Source of the DNA: a virus
Virus record (IMG/VR): IMGVR_UViG_3300030060_002972
Location: 19,748 to 83,747 of that record
Direction: 5' to 3' (one strand)
DNA length: 64,000 bases
Below the pieces are notes generated by a model. That model did no database searches and was not told the origin of the DNA. It saw nothing but the letters and a program-made list of their open reading frames with translations. Shown piece after piece: positions 38,493-48,998 of this stretch. The translations under genes were made by a program, and so were the position numbers. The number at the start of each line of letters is the position of its first letter. Position 1 is the stretch's first letter.

Positions 38493-39858
38493 ATGTGGTT
38501 ACTTATTGTTAATTGCATTCTTGATAGCGTGGGCAGCAACCGCAGAAGAGATAACGACTGGAAACCTTTTGCCAAATGGTTCTGGAAACGCAAGTAACTA
38601 CCAATCTGTAGATAATACTATACCTAACGTAACAACTAATGGTTTTAATGTGGTTGGTAATGTTAGAGATTGGGGACAAGAATTAGAAACAACAGGTACA
38701 GGTAGTATTAATTACACTGGTAATTTAACTGACCATGCTACACAGCAACAATTAGACAATGGTATTAGATTAGATTCTACTACTATAGTACAAAACTGTG
38801 AGTGGGTAGGGTCTAATTGGCAGTGCGGACAAGCTAGAGCAGGTCAAGACACATATACTACTACCGTAAAAATATTAGATGATGAAGGTAATACATTAGC
38901 CATAGTAAATCAAACTAGAAATAATGACTCTGGGTATGGTGCAAACGCATACAAGTATGAAGATTCTGTTACATATACAGGTGCGGGCAGTAATCAATTT
39001 TACTGGGAATGGGAAGGTGTAGACGAAGGCAGTTATGTAAACTTAGGTGGACCTAATTTGCTTGGTGCAAAACTTACAATGACCTATGATGACACTGTAA
39101 TACCGGAAGAAACTATAGAAGAAATATATGAAGTTATAGAAGAATTTGAGGAATGGCAAGAGACATTTGTACCAGTAGAATTTATAGAAGAGTTTATTCC
39201 GTTACCTGTTTTAATAGAAAAATTTCCTATGTCAGTGTTAGAAGAAGAAATAGTTTTTGAAGAACTTAATGCTATTGAAGAAGAGTTTGAAGAAGTAGAA
39301 ATACTACAAGTATTTGGTGGACCTGAAATAGTAGAGGAACCAGAAGAAGAAGTTGTAGAAGAACCAACACCTACACAAGCTGCAATAGAACCTACACAAG
39401 AAGAAACTGAAACGGAAAGTGAACCACAAGAAGTAAATAATGAACCAGCGTTAGTAGTAGCTGAAGAACCAGAACAGGGTACAGTACCCGAAAAAACACC
39501 TAGTGTAAGTGTAGATAATATACAAGCAGAAGTAAGTGTGACAGTTAAAGAAGTAGATAAACAATTAGCTGTAGTTAACGTAGTAGCGGCTAAGATGATA
39601 GAAGATAAACAAGTAGATATTTCTAGTTATTACAAACAATACACAGATAACCGTGAGATTTATGATAGTCGTATCTATGAAGATTTGCGTATATTAGATA
39701 ATTATGATATACAAATATATAACAATAATAATAAATTTGTAGCTATATCTGTTAATGACCCTGTATTAAAATATCAAGTACAATTTCAGAAAGCTAGAAG
39801 TATACGTATACAAAAAGAAAAAGAATTAGAATATTTAAGGAGACAATATGCTAGATAA
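38467..39858 (+). CDS. Secreted/membrane protein with Glu-rich stalk
   Basis: Signal-like peptide, beta-rich domain, E/P-rich region. Confidence 0.7.
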   Translation: MIYMETMIKCGYLLLIAFLIAWAATAEEITTGNLLPNGSGNASNYQSVDNTIPNVTTNGFNVVGNVRDWGQELETTGTGSINYTGNLTDHATQQQLDNGIRLDSTTIVQNCEWVGSNWQCGQARAGQDTYTTTVKILDDEGNTLAIVNQTRNNDSGYGANAYKYEDSVTYTGAGSNQFYWEWEGVDEGSYVNLGGPNLLGAKLTMTYDDTVIPEETIEEIYEVIEEFEEWQETFVPVEFIEEFIPLPVLIEKFPMSVLEEEIVFEELNAIEEEFEEVEILQVFGGPEIVEEPEEEVVEEPTPTQAAIEPTQEETETESEPQEVNNEPALVVAEEPEQGTVPEKTPSVSVDNIQAEVSVTVKEVDKQLAVVNVVAAKMIEDKQVDISSYYKQYTDNREIYDSRIYEDLRILDNYDIQIYNNNNKFVAISVNDPVLKYQVQFQKARSIRIQKEKELEYLRRQYAR

Positions 39859-40084
39859 ATTACAAAAATATGCAATGATAGTTGGTGTGGTATCTGCTAT
39901 TGGTGGCGGTTTCTACGCATGGGGTGAGTTTAATACTAGATTAGATGCAGTATCTCAAGCAATAGGCAGTGACAATGTAGAAAAACTACAACAACAAGTT
40001 AATTTGTTAGATAAAAAATTGGAAGTCTTAGAAGCTAAACTAGATGAGTTTAGGTCTGGACTAAATAATCCATTGGGGAAATAG
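39848..40084 (+). CDS. Small TM plus coiled-coil protein
   Basis: AIGGGFYAWGEF...NNPL. Confidence 0.65.
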   Translation: MLDKLQKYAMIVGVVSAIGGGFYAWGEFNTRLDAVSQAIGSDNVEKLQQQVNLLDKKLEVLEAKLDEFRSGLNNPLGK

Positions 40085-40086
40085 AT

Positions 40087-41385
40087 ATGGTAACACCTAA
40101 AATACGTATGATAAAAACAAAAGACGGTTATTACGCAGTTAGCCCTGTACGTTGGGATAGTGAACTACAAAAAAATCGTTTTATTACAGACGATGAGTGT
40201 GCTGCAGAGGCATTAGAATCTGCTAGTGCACATGTAATAGAATATTTTACTAATGAAAAAGATGCAACAGCGTACACAAAAGCACAAATTGTTCCATATA
40301 ATAAAAATATAGCAGGAACAGCCTATAAACAAATTGCAGGTTTTGATAAAAAAGACCAGCAAAGTATAGAGGACCATTTGTCTGGACGTTTAGCTCCAAT
40401 CAGAATTACAAACAAATCAGATTTTAACAGATACAAAAAATTTATACCTGCAACAGTACAAAACGCATTAATTAAAAGTAATTTTACTATGCCATTTTCT
40501 ATTGCTAACCCGTATGACACCGGTAGTTTGGATGCAAACCACGGTAAATTAAATAGAGAACAGGAATTACACAACGCTAATTCACGTTATTTTCCAGGTT
40601 ATATTCCAGACTATAATTTTAGGGGTGCAGGTAATTTAGATATGGACACTATGGAATACACCGAAAGAGCAAATGTAGGTAGGACTTTTAGTTATGGTGA
40701 TGATATGTTACAACTGTTTAGACATTCACATGGGTTAACTTATAAAGGTAAATACGATGCAACAAAACCTGGGTTTACCTGGAGAAATGCTTTTGCAGTA
40801 TCAACTGATACAGATACGTACTTAAAAAAAGCTAATGGATTTATTAAACAAATGCCTAAATTTTTGAACATGACCGGCAGTACGTTTACAGAAAATTGGA
40901 AACCTTACGGCAATGACAAAAGAACACCAGAAACTATGCAAGAATTATTGTATACACTTTTAGGAATAGGTCTTATGGAATCTGGATATAATGAAATGAA
41001 TGAAGAAGAACAGCAACTAGCTTTGGCTGACTTAAAAACTCGTTACTCAATACTACATCCAATGATGCAAAACTTTGATATGGTTCTTAGAAACCACGGA
41101 TACCAACATGGGTACGTAGATTACTTAGCTGCGGATGACGACAAAAAAGATGCATTTCGTAAAAGACTAACGGAGAAGTTGCGTACACCAGAGTATGAAA
41201 TATCTCGTAACAATGGTGAGGCAATGAGAAAATTTATGATAAAACTTACAGAGATACCTACAGAACAAAATGACAGAATACAAAAACAAATACAAAAAGA
41301 CGGTACTATTAACACAGATAATTTATTAAGAACTAAACCAACAGAGGCTGATATTACACTAACTAACCCGCCTCTAGGAGACTAA
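40087..41385 (+). CDS. Hypothetical protein
   Basis: 432-aa ORF in the late operon. Confidence 0.7.
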   Translation: MVTPKIRMIKTKDGYYAVSPVRWDSELQKNRFITDDECAAEALESASAHVIEYFTNEKDATAYTKAQIVPYNKNIAGTAYKQIAGFDKKDQQSIEDHLSGRLAPIRITNKSDFNRYKKFIPATVQNALIKSNFTMPFSIANPYDTGSLDANHGKLNREQELHNANSRYFPGYIPDYNFRGAGNLDMDTMEYTERANVGRTFSYGDDMLQLFRHSHGLTYKGKYDATKPGFTWRNAFAVSTDTDTYLKKANGFIKQMPKFLNMTGSTFTENWKPYGNDKRTPETMQELLYTLLGIGLMESGYNEMNEEEQQLALADLKTRYSILHPMMQNFDMVLRNHGYQHGYVDYLAADDDKKDAFRKRLTEKLRTPEYEISRNNGEAMRKFMIKLTEIPTEQNDRIQKQIQKDGTINTDNLLRTKPTEADITLTNPPLGD

Positions 41386-41627
41386 TGGACGAATACGGAA
41401 TGATAGAAAGTATGATTACAAATGTAGGTTTTCCTATAGCTGTAGCTTTCTTTGTTTTGTACAAACTAAATCAAAGTCTAGATAAACTACGTGGTAGTGT
41501 AGATAGATTATATGATTTAATGTCTGAAAAAGATGTAACTATGAAAGAACTAACTTTGAAAGTAGATTACTTAGAACGTGCTGTACATAGATACAATAGA
41601 AATAATAGGAAAAAACCCCACCAGTAA
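41385..41627 (+). CDS. YvrJ-like putative holin
   Basis: ITNVGFPIAVAFFVL TM segment plus coiled coil. Confidence 0.55.
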   Translation: MDEYGMIESMITNVGFPIAVAFFVLYKLNQSLDKLRGSVDRLYDLMSEKDVTMKELTLKVDYLERAVHRYNRNNRKKPHQ

Positions 41628-41637
41628 TTAGTGGGGT
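41610..41637 (-). terminator. Intrinsic terminator at the convergence of late and replication operons
   Basis: ACCCCAC-N9-GTGGGGT stem with an A-run on its left, i.e. a U-tract on the minus strand. Confidence 0.75.
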
Positions 41638-41671
41638 ACCGCATGCAACTGAACGCCATAGTTACAAGGGG

Positions 41672-42160
41672 TTAATTAAGTGTTGACGTATCATCATCTG
41701 GATATGGGTCGTATAAACTTGGTAGTATTTCCTTAGAATATACTTCCCATGGCACTATACTTAAATCACAAGTATCATACCCTGCGTCTATAGACTCTTG
41801 TATAATTTTAATTTTAGTATTTGTTGCATCATTGTGTGTATCTACACGATTATATGTAATTCTGTTACGTATTAAACTTGTAGTTAAATCCTTAGGTAAC
41901 ATGTACGACATCATACTATTTATCATTTGAGAACAACGATTAAATATGTTATGATGGTACCCGTCAATAAAAATTAACTTAGCTTCTTCTAGTGCTATCA
42001 AAGCAATTAAACTAGGAAAATGTTTATCTTGCAATGAGGCATACCCTGGATTAACCATAAATTTTACGGTCTCACTTCTAATTAATTGAGGGTTAGAAAC
42101 AATAGACCAGTAGTTGTGTATGCTAAACACATCAGATAAATTACTAACTACTACTAACAT
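41672..42160 (-). CDS. Hypothetical protein
   Basis: Last gene of the minus operon; overlaps the upstream ORF. Confidence 0.65.
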   Translation of the reverse strand: MLVVVSNLSDVFSIHNYWSIVSNPQLIRSETVKFMVNPGYASLQDKHFPSLIALIALEEAKLIFIDGYHHNIFNRCSQMINSMMSYMLPKDLTTSLIRNRITYNRVDTHNDATNTKIKIIQESIDAGYDTCDLSIVPWEVYSKEILPSLYDPYPDDDTSTLN

Positions 42161-42713
42161 TCTCTTCTCCGGTATATAAGAATTTTTTGTACGCTTCTAA
42201 TACACTATTATGTATATCATCCCATTCACATGAGATACAAAAGAAATGAAATTTAGTTGGAAACATTGAACCTGGATGTTTAATTATATTATGCTGTAAT
42301 ATGTGCATAACAATATCAGGTATTAAATTATAATAAATACGTACTTTCATATTACACAAACGTTCTATCTTACCTATTGTAGGCAACTCTATCATACGAG
42401 TAGAGTCATGTAATAAATTTTTATAAGTCATTGTTAAATAACTTTCTTTTCTTAAATAAGCTATTTTTGTTTCGTTCAACCATTCATGAAATAGCACCGG
42501 AGATATTTCTTCAGGTATAAATCTAGACAACTGCAAAGGCAACCAGTTATTGTTAACTAAAGTCAATAGTTTACTTATCATTGTAATTCTACTGTCTTGA
42601 AACATGCTAGGCATTAACATGCCTGCACCAAACTTATCTTTGTACATTAAACAAATAACACCTAAACGTTGTAGTACAAGTAAATATTCTTTATTCACTA
42701 GTGCCCTCCGCAT
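42144..42713 (-). CDS. Hypothetical protein
   Basis: Operon position. Confidence 0.65.
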   Translation of the reverse strand: MRRALVNKEYLLVLQRLGVICLMYKDKFGAGMLMPSMFQDSRITMISKLLTLVNNNWLPLQLSRFIPEEISPVLFHEWLNETKIAYLRKESYLTMTYKNLLHDSTRMIELPTIGKIERLCNMKVRIYYNLIPDIVMHILQHNIIKHPGSMFPTKFHFFCISCEWDDIHNSVLEAYKKFLYTGEENVSSS

Positions 42714-43071
42714 AAGTTGGAATTGTTAAATGCAACTCAATCCAGTCATCAAAAGCAGGTGTCATAATAAAGTTTTTTTGTGCATCTAGAGTAGCATGAT
42801 ATAACATCATTCCTTTTTCTTTCATGGCTCTGTAAGCATCACGTTTCATTTGTGGTTTACTAATGTAACCTTTTTTACATTGCACACCAAACCAAAAACG
42901 TTCGCCTGTATCCATGTTATATACACCACACATAATATCTGCCATACCTTTACTACCTCTAGATTCCATAATGTGATACTTAATGCGTTTTAAGGGAGCA
43001 AGCTGATTATTCAAATACTCAACAGTACGTTTTTCAAATCTATAACCAGCTTGATATCTTTTGTTAACCAT
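42691..43071 (-). CDS. Hjc-type Holliday junction resolvase
   Basis: AGYRFEKR...SRGSKGMADI...VQCK. Confidence 0.75.
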   Translation of the reverse strand: MVNKRYQAGYRFEKRTVEYLNNQLAPLKRIKYHIMESRGSKGMADIMCGVYNMDTGERFWFGVQCKKGYISKPQMKRDAYRAMKEKGMMLYHATLDAQKNFIMTPAFDDWIELHLTIPTYAEGTSE

Positions 43072-43895
43072 TAATAGTTACCATCCCTATCACACACAGG
43101 TTTGTGAGGGCAAGATGCACAGATGTATTTAGGAACATCGGTTGGTAAAGCGGGTACTTGTTTACTCTGTGAGGAGTTTCGCAAGGTGTCCACCAGATGG
43201 TGAATGTATGGCTGCCAATGTTCGTAATTTTCTATTACCCTGCCCATTTTGCTGTATTTTGTATCTACAGGAATGATACAATGTTTCATATCCATAGAGC
43301 TACGTCTTGTATATAACAAGATAGCATAGGGTACGTTGTACCCAAGTTGCTTAGCTATGTATACCCACAACAATAATTGTTTTAGGTGATACTTCCAATA
43401 TGTAAAATCTTTCCACTTGTAAATTTCTGTAGATTTTAATTCTAACGGTATTAAATATTTGTTACCGTCCTTGTCTTCAAATTCTTTAACAAAGTCTGTA
43501 GTAGCTGCAAATCCTATAGGTTTATCAGCATCCATTTCCACATGAATAGGAAATTGATTCTGTTCCGCACTATCTAACCCATGGATTTTTCCAGGCATTT
43601 TGTCTATGATTCTTCCCATGGTTTGTTCGTTAACAAATCCCATAAACATTCTACGTCTAGCCAATGGGTCAGATACCGGTGTTCTTTCCACATCAGATAG
43701 ATAAGAATAATATGCTTGGCGTATGCATGTACCAAGACTTGAAGAACGTACTAAATGTTTCCTACCTTCGCCTCGTGCTTTCCATTCTTCAAATCTTAAT
43801 GCAAACTCTTCGTCTAGTACAGACTCTGTTGAGTCGTGTAAAGCCTCCAGAAACAACTCTGGGTCTGTCATTAGTTGTTTAACTGTGTAGCTCAT
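43071..43895 (-). CDS. Cas4-like PD-(D/E)XK exonuclease with Fe-S cysteines
   Basis: SSSLGTCIRQ...TD...ELKS...QL..W...CASCPHKPVC. Confidence 0.8.
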   Translation of the reverse strand: MSYTVKQLMTDPELFLEALHDSTESVLDEEFALRFEEWKARGEGRKHLVRSSSLGTCIRQAYYSYLSDVERTPVSDPLARRRMFMGFVNEQTMGRIIDKMPGKIHGLDSAEQNQFPIHVEMDADKPIGFAATTDFVKEFEDKDGNKYLIPLELKSTEIYKWKDFTYWKYHLKQLLLWVYIAKQLGYNVPYAILLYTRRSSMDMKHCIIPVDTKYSKMGRVIENYEHWQPYIHHLVDTLRNSSQSKQVPALPTDVPKYICASCPHKPVCDRDGNY

Positions 43896-43904
43896 ACAAA
43901 TCTC

Positions 43905-44177
43905 CTATCCTCTTGGCTCAGCTGGTTCTCCGTCTGTTTCTTCAGCACGTAAACTAAATGCTAAATCAGGCGGATTGTTACCATCTCTGTATTTATTCCA
44001 AAATGCTAGAACTTTGTATTTTCTACCACCAACTGTAAGAACACATGAGTATCCCCAGTCTTTTTTCCAACCACCACCAATGTTAACTAGACTTTTCTTT
44101 TCACCATTGGTATTAGCTGGAGCACTGGATTCACTACGTCCTCCTACTCTTCCGGCTCTTGGTTCACCGTATGCCAT
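43905..44177 (-). CDS. Small replication-module protein, possibly ssDNA-binding
   Basis: Start MAYGE after AGGAGG; homolog of 752-1051. Confidence 0.5.
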   Translation of the reverse strand: MAYGEPRAGRVGGRSESSAPANTNGEKKSLVNIGGGWKKDWGYSCVLTVGGRKYKVLAFWNKYRDGNNPPDLAFSLRAEETDGEPAEPRG

Positions 44178-44187
44178 AAATGACCTC

Positions 44188-46251
44188 CTATTCCCAGTTG
44201 ACGCCATGTTCTTTGACATCCAAAGGGAGCTGTAAATTTATGCCTTTACCCAAGACATCAGGGATATCTTCATTAATTTCGTTCTTTAATATTTCTCTAA
44301 CCTGTTCTAACTCAGGCGTGTACACATCTAACTCCATGGCATCATGGAACTCTAACCAAATGCGACTCTTTAACTTATATTTTTTTAACAAATTAAACAT
44401 TTGTATTATACGTTGTTTATTTATATCAGCACTAAATGACTGTATAGGGTAGTTAACAACTTGCGTAGTTTTTAACCTATTACCCACTCTACCATATGGT
44501 GAATATATATACCCAAGACCTTTAGCTTTGTCAATAAGTTTGCGTTGATAATCTGCTATACCAATTTCAGACATTGTATTGATAAAAAGTTTTACAGTTT
44601 GTGCAGATAAATTTTTAGGTACGCCAGACATAATTAATTGATTAATTAAACCAAACTCAGAAGAGCCATAAACATATGCAAAATTTAATACCTTAGCACG
44701 TTTACGTTCTATACCAGCTAACTCTGACACAAGAGTATGCATATCTTTACCTTCATTGTATGCATTAATTAAATATTCACTACCACTTAAATAAGCTAGG
44801 CAACGCAACTCACTTTGGCTAGCATCTACTGTAATTAAACAACCATCAGGTTCAAACACTGATTGAAAAATAGGTCTAACAGATGGCGGTATGTTTTGCA
44901 TATTAGGATTACTACTACTCATACGCCCAGTTACAGTGCCACCTAAATGTAAATTACATCGTATAATTCCTTGGTCGTCAGCTAAGTCTGGTATCTTGTC
45001 TAAGTAAGTAGTAAGTAGTTTAGTTACTTTACGATACTGTAATAATTTTTCAGCAAAAGGTGTGTTTAATTTAGTTAACACATCAACACCAGTGGATTTA
45101 ACTTTATGTTTCTTTTGTAATATTTCTAATACTTGTGTAGGACTTGATGGATTTATGTCATAGTTATTTTCAAAGTATTGTAAAAGAGCAATCTGTTCTT
45201 TGTGTAATTTTTTTCTTTGTTTTACTAATTCTTTTTTGTCTAATTTAATCCCACCATGTATCATGTGCGCTACAGGTAGTACCATCTCCATATCTAACCT
45301 ACGTGCTACGTCCATAAACTGCCAATCTTTTTGATACTTTTGGTAATATGTGTCCCACAAACGTAGAGTAGCCCAAGCATCACCAGCAGTATAACGCAAC
45401 AACTTAGGACTAGGACTTGCAAAATCTTCAACTGTAATCTCCTTCCAATAATTTTCTAACAGTAAAAATCTGTCTGCTAAATATTTTAATCCGTTGTTCT
45501 TGTTACTAAAATCTAATTCACGTTTTAATAATAACGTGTCCATAAAATTACATTGTATATCATTACCTAAATAATCTAATATTTTAGTACAGTCTGCCGT
45601 AATATTATGACCTACCACAGTCATATTTTTATCACGTACAGCTCTTAATATAACTTGTTTTATTTGGTCAGTAAGTATAAATCCACCACACCATTTACCC
45701 GCTGCTAAACCTACAGAGTGTGGCACACCTGTGTCTGGATTCCACTCAAAATCTATAGCCAACTCTTTGTATCTTTCTGCATGCATCATAATTTTACTAA
45801 GATTAGGTGTTATAGGTATTGGGTACAGTGTACCCCTAAACTCATGTTGTACTCTTGTAAATGTTTCTACAAAAGATGTAAAATTACCGTCAAACCAACT
45901 ACCACAAGAAAAAACTTCTGGTAATTTCATACCGTCTAATTCTTCTAGCGCACGCACTGCGTCACGTCCCATAGCTATTATATAATTAGGATTTAATTTA
46001 TTAATAACGTTTGTAATAAAAGGTAAATGTTTACGTATGTCTGCTATCTTTATTTTTTCTTGATACTTAGGCACACACGGCACCCACCACGTTTGTATAT
46101 TAGGTAGATTGTCTTTACACAATACTTCTAAGTCGTCATACATCTTAGTGCCCTTAGCCTGCCCAAGTCTAGTCATAGCTTCACATGGTTTGTCAGCCAG
46201 AATCAACACTAATCTTTTGGTTGTTCCCGCTTGTATTTTTTTGTGGTCCAT
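44188..46251 (-). CDS. polA: Family A DNA polymerase with degenerate UDG-like N-terminal domain
   Basis: DFEW, GHNITAD, YTAGD, DASQSELR, KVLNFAYVYG, FHDA. Confidence 0.93.
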   Translation of the reverse strand: MDHKKIQAGTTKRLVLILADKPCEAMTRLGQAKGTKMYDDLEVLCKDNLPNIQTWWVPCVPKYQEKIKIADIRKHLPFITNVINKLNPNYIIAMGRDAVRALEELDGMKLPEVFSCGSWFDGNFTSFVETFTRVQHEFRGTLYPIPITPNLSKIMMHAERYKELAIDFEWNPDTGVPHSVGLAAGKWCGGFILTDQIKQVILRAVRDKNMTVVGHNITADCTKILDYLGNDIQCNFMDTLLLKRELDFSNKNNGLKYLADRFLLLENYWKEITVEDFASPSPKLLRYTAGDAWATLRLWDTYYQKYQKDWQFMDVARRLDMEMVLPVAHMIHGGIKLDKKELVKQRKKLHKEQIALLQYFENNYDINPSSPTQVLEILQKKHKVKSTGVDVLTKLNTPFAEKLLQYRKVTKLLTTYLDKIPDLADDQGIIRCNLHLGGTVTGRMSSSNPNMQNIPPSVRPIFQSVFEPDGCLITVDASQSELRCLAYLSGSEYLINAYNEGKDMHTLVSELAGIERKRAKVLNFAYVYGSSEFGLINQLIMSGVPKNLSAQTVKLFINTMSEIGIADYQRKLIDKAKGLGYIYSPYGRVGNRLKTTQVVNYPIQSFSADINKQRIIQMFNLLKKYKLKSRIWLEFHDAMELDVYTPELEQVREILKNEINEDIPDVLGKGINLQLPLDVKEHGVNWE

Positions 46252-46402
46252 TCATTTCCTCCATTAGCCAAGCTATGTTGCGAGTTAAGATACGTTTAAC
46301 TATCAGCTCTTCCATTCTGTATTTTATAGGGTCTCTACGTTTATCTAACTCTAACCCTGTCATAATTTGTTGTGTTACTTCATCTATATATTTACTAATC
46401 AT
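46193..46402 (-). CDS. Hypothetical protein
   Basis: Homolog of 3189-3467 (TGLELDK). Confidence 0.65.
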   Translation of the reverse strand: MISKYIDEVTQQIMTGLELDKRRDPIKYRMEELIVKRILTRNIAWLMEEMNGPQKNTSGNNQKISVDSG

Positions 46403-46403
46403 A

Positions 46404-47144
46404 CTACCTCCAATTATCCAGTAATGAATTTATAGTTGTTATAGGCACTTTGTATGGAGCGTCAGGTAAATCTACTAAACCGGCATCAATACCATATGAC
46501 ATGATTATATCCTGTAAGTATGACGCTATTACAATTGCATCGGGGTCAAATACAATATTGACACGCATGTGTTCAAAAAAAGGTATAATGTCCATAGGTA
46601 TATTAGTACCTAATAAAGCAAGACATGGTATACGTAATTTAGAAATATACAAGGCGTCTATAACTGATTCGACAATACAACACACAACCTTACCACCAGA
46701 GATAGGCACCGATACACCCGTATCTATCCAACTATACTTGGCATACTCCCCATTTACTGGCAGAGATTTATATTTGGGGTTGCCAGTTATGTTACGGATT
46801 TGATACCCATGCAGGTGCCCATCAAAATCGTAAGCGGGTATTAAAAACTGGTTTGGTTTAGCCATAATACCGTACTCTAACGTTTCTGACGCTGATATGT
46901 TTCTTGCCTTTAAGAAATCTAAGTGTTCAGTTTTGTAACTGTAAGAGAAATCAGATTTATCTACGTTGATAGACCTCTTTGCCACATCTCTGTGGTCCTG
47001 TTTAGAAACTAAGTCAGTCATCCACGGCTCTAATTTACCACTCTTCTTACAACCAAAACAATAGTATCCATTTTCATAAATAGCTAACGATGGTGTTTTG
47101 TCACGATGCCACGGACATTTTGTCATTGCTATAACTTGACCCAT
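46404..47144 (-). CDS. DNA primase (CHC2 plus TOPRIM)
   Basis: CPWH...YYCFGC; VESVIDA; FDPD. Confidence 0.9.
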   Translation of the reverse strand: MGQVIAMTKCPWHRDKTPSLAIYENGYYCFGCKKSGKLEPWMTDLVSKQDHRDVAKRSINVDKSDFSYSYKTEHLDFLKARNISASETLEYGIMAKPNQFLIPAYDFDGHLHGYQIRNITGNPKYKSLPVNGEYAKYSWIDTGVSVPISGGKVVCCIVESVIDALYISKLRIPCLALLGTNIPMDIIPFFEHMRVNIVFDPDAIVIASYLQDIIMSYGIDAGLVDLPDAPYKVPITTINSLLDNWR

Positions 47145-47652
47145 TTATTATATCCTCCGGTTTAAATTCAACGTAATGATACCACATGCGACACCTCTTC
47201 GTCAGTCTAGGGGGTGCAGACACACGTACATGAAAAGCTTTTTGTCCGGGTTGTACCATGCTTGGGTATACAAACACACCCTTTTCTAACTCAGGCACGT
47301 AGGCATAAACACAATCTATATTATTTTCAAAATACAATAATGTTTTACCCATCCTACCTCCTGTGTCATGTTGACTGTACATTCTTCTGTATGAGTTTTT
47401 TAATGGCACTATAAATTTTACACCGCCACTTGTAACACATCTCATAGAAGAACAATATTTTATTTGAAAACGCAATGTGTGGTCACGGCTATAAGCAAAA
47501 GCATCTACCGGTGATATGTGTGAATCTGGAAAAGCCACGTCCCACCCGGCTTCTCGTAAAACTTCTTTTGCAAATGCATGATGTGCTATCTGTCCTTTTT
47601 GATTAGCTACGTTATGCCCGTAAGTATGTTCTTCTCCAACATGAAAATTCAT
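47101..47652 (-). CDS. PD-(D/E)XK endonuclease, possibly homing-type
   Basis: KGQIA...PVD...FQIKY...YFENNIDCVYAY resembles I-Ssp6803I-type nucleases. Confidence 0.65.
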   Translation of the reverse strand: MNFHVGEEHTYGHNVANQKGQIAHHAFAKEVLREAGWDVAFPDSHISPVDAFAYSRDHTLRFQIKYCSSMRCVTSGGVKFIVPLKNSYRRMYSQHDTGGRMGKTLLYFENNIDCVYAYVPELEKGVFVYPSMVQPGQKAFHVRVSAPPRLTKRCRMWYHYVEFKPEDIINGSSYSNDKMSVAS

Positions 47653-47831
47653 ACTTCATCAACCTCCTCAACAGAAAATCCGTTTGTATCTATTTCACGT
47701 TCGTCACCATTTTCTTCTAAGAAATCATAATCAATGCTTTCAGCTATTGCCCATGCGTCATCTTCATTCTCAGCAGTAATGGTTGTTTCATAATAATGTT
47801 CATTAGTTAGTCTTACTCTGTATTCTGGCAT
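47649..47831 (-). CDS. Small acidic protein (DpnD/PcfM-like)
   Basis: YRVRL...ITAENEDDAWAIA. Confidence 0.55.
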   Translation of the reverse strand: MPEYRVRLTNEHYYETTITAENEDDAWAIAESIDYDFLEENGDEREIDTNGFSVEEVDEV

Positions 47832-47856
47832 TTAATCCTCCTCGGGTACCAGTACC

Positions 47857-48903
47857 CTAATATAAAAATGTTTTAAGATTAGCAAAGTCAATGTCTATTT
47901 TGAATACATCAACGGGTGCTGACCTTCTTGATTTGATTGTAGTAACGTTACGAACTGTCTCATACATGTCACCACCTATACCCAATACTAAATCAGTGTG
48001 GGCTAATAATCCAGCTTTAGCTTCAAGTAACTCACGCTCTGTAGGTAAATCTACGTCTGCATTTAACTGATGTGCTGTAAGTATACAGATGTTTTTTTCT
48101 TGTGCTAATCGCTTAAGATTTTCTGATATATACTCTAGCTGAAAACGTTTTTCTTTTATCTGCGGAGTGCTCATAACACTCATGTAATCTAGAAAAACTA
48201 TATCAGGACGCAAAGCATCTATCTCTATTTCTAATTCTGGTATACCAAACGAAGCAGAACAACACGCATAAAAGTCAGGAAACTCTGACGCATGGTCTAA
48301 TCTCTGTTTTAACATACCTTCACTAAAATCTTGTATGGATATAAACAAAGTTTTTAATCCACTTTTGACTGCATCACGTAGCAAGGATAACAACACTGTA
48401 GTCTTACCTCTACCACTAAATGCACACAACACAGCCAACTCCTCTCTACACAAACCATAGTAGAACACCTTAAATATGTCTTCAGTTTCATCACTACTAA
48501 AAGAACTAATTAATTTAGATTGTGCTTGGCTGTTAAAATTTTGCACATCAGATGCACGTTGTATGTTTAACAACTTTTTTTCTGGACGCAATCTACTCTT
48601 CAGAATGTCAGCTATTTCTTTGACCTGTGTCAAACTACGTAAGTGTTTCATAGACCTGAATCCTACCGCACTGGTAACTGACTCAGGCATACCACGTACA
48701 AAGTTAAACTGTGTAGAATTTAGTTTATCTTTTACAACGTCTAGAAAATCTTGCTTACTTAAATCAGTTTCACATAAGTACATTTCTTCTAATAACACAT
48801 CAAAGGGTGTTTCTAGTTGTACACCCTTAAGTTGTTTTTTTAGCGTGTGTCTTCTTTCTTTTTTTAGTAGAAACGACATTAGATTTAGCACTGAATTTTC
48901 CAT
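47857..48903 (-). CDS. DnaB-like replicative helicase
   Basis: AFSGRGKT, VFLDY, AHQLN; start MENSV after AAGGAG. Confidence 0.88.
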   Translation of the reverse strand: MENSVLNLMSFLLKKERRHTLKKQLKGVQLETPFDVLLEEMYLCETDLSKQDFLDVVKDKLNSTQFNFVRGMPESVTSAVGFRSMKHLRSLTQVKEIADILKSRLRPEKKLLNIQRASDVQNFNSQAQSKLISSFSSDETEDIFKVFYYGLCREELAVLCAFSGRGKTTVLLSLLRDAVKSGLKTLFISIQDFSEGMLKQRLDHASEFPDFYACCSASFGIPELEIEIDALRPDIVFLDYMSVMSTPQIKEKRFQLEYISENLKRLAQEKNICILTAHQLNADVDLPTERELLEAKAGLLAHTDLVLGIGGDMYETVRNVTTIKSRRSAPVDVFKIDIDFANLKTFLY

Positions 48904-48998
48904 TTGACACTCCTTTCTTTTGCATTGCCCTGTGTTGCCAAGGACTATTAGGCAGATAATCATTAGACTGCACTTCTTTATGTTTTGTCTGCCCTATA

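Noticed and set aside
41610-41672. Seam between the two genomes or an att site
   Set aside because: Looks like a normal convergent terminator; B-type motifs occur on both sides; no integrase or host DNA.
43071-43895. Cas4-like gene as a sign of a CRISPR-Cas system
   Set aside because: No repeat-spacer array or other cas genes seen; stand-alone Cas4-like exonucleases are common in phage replication modules.
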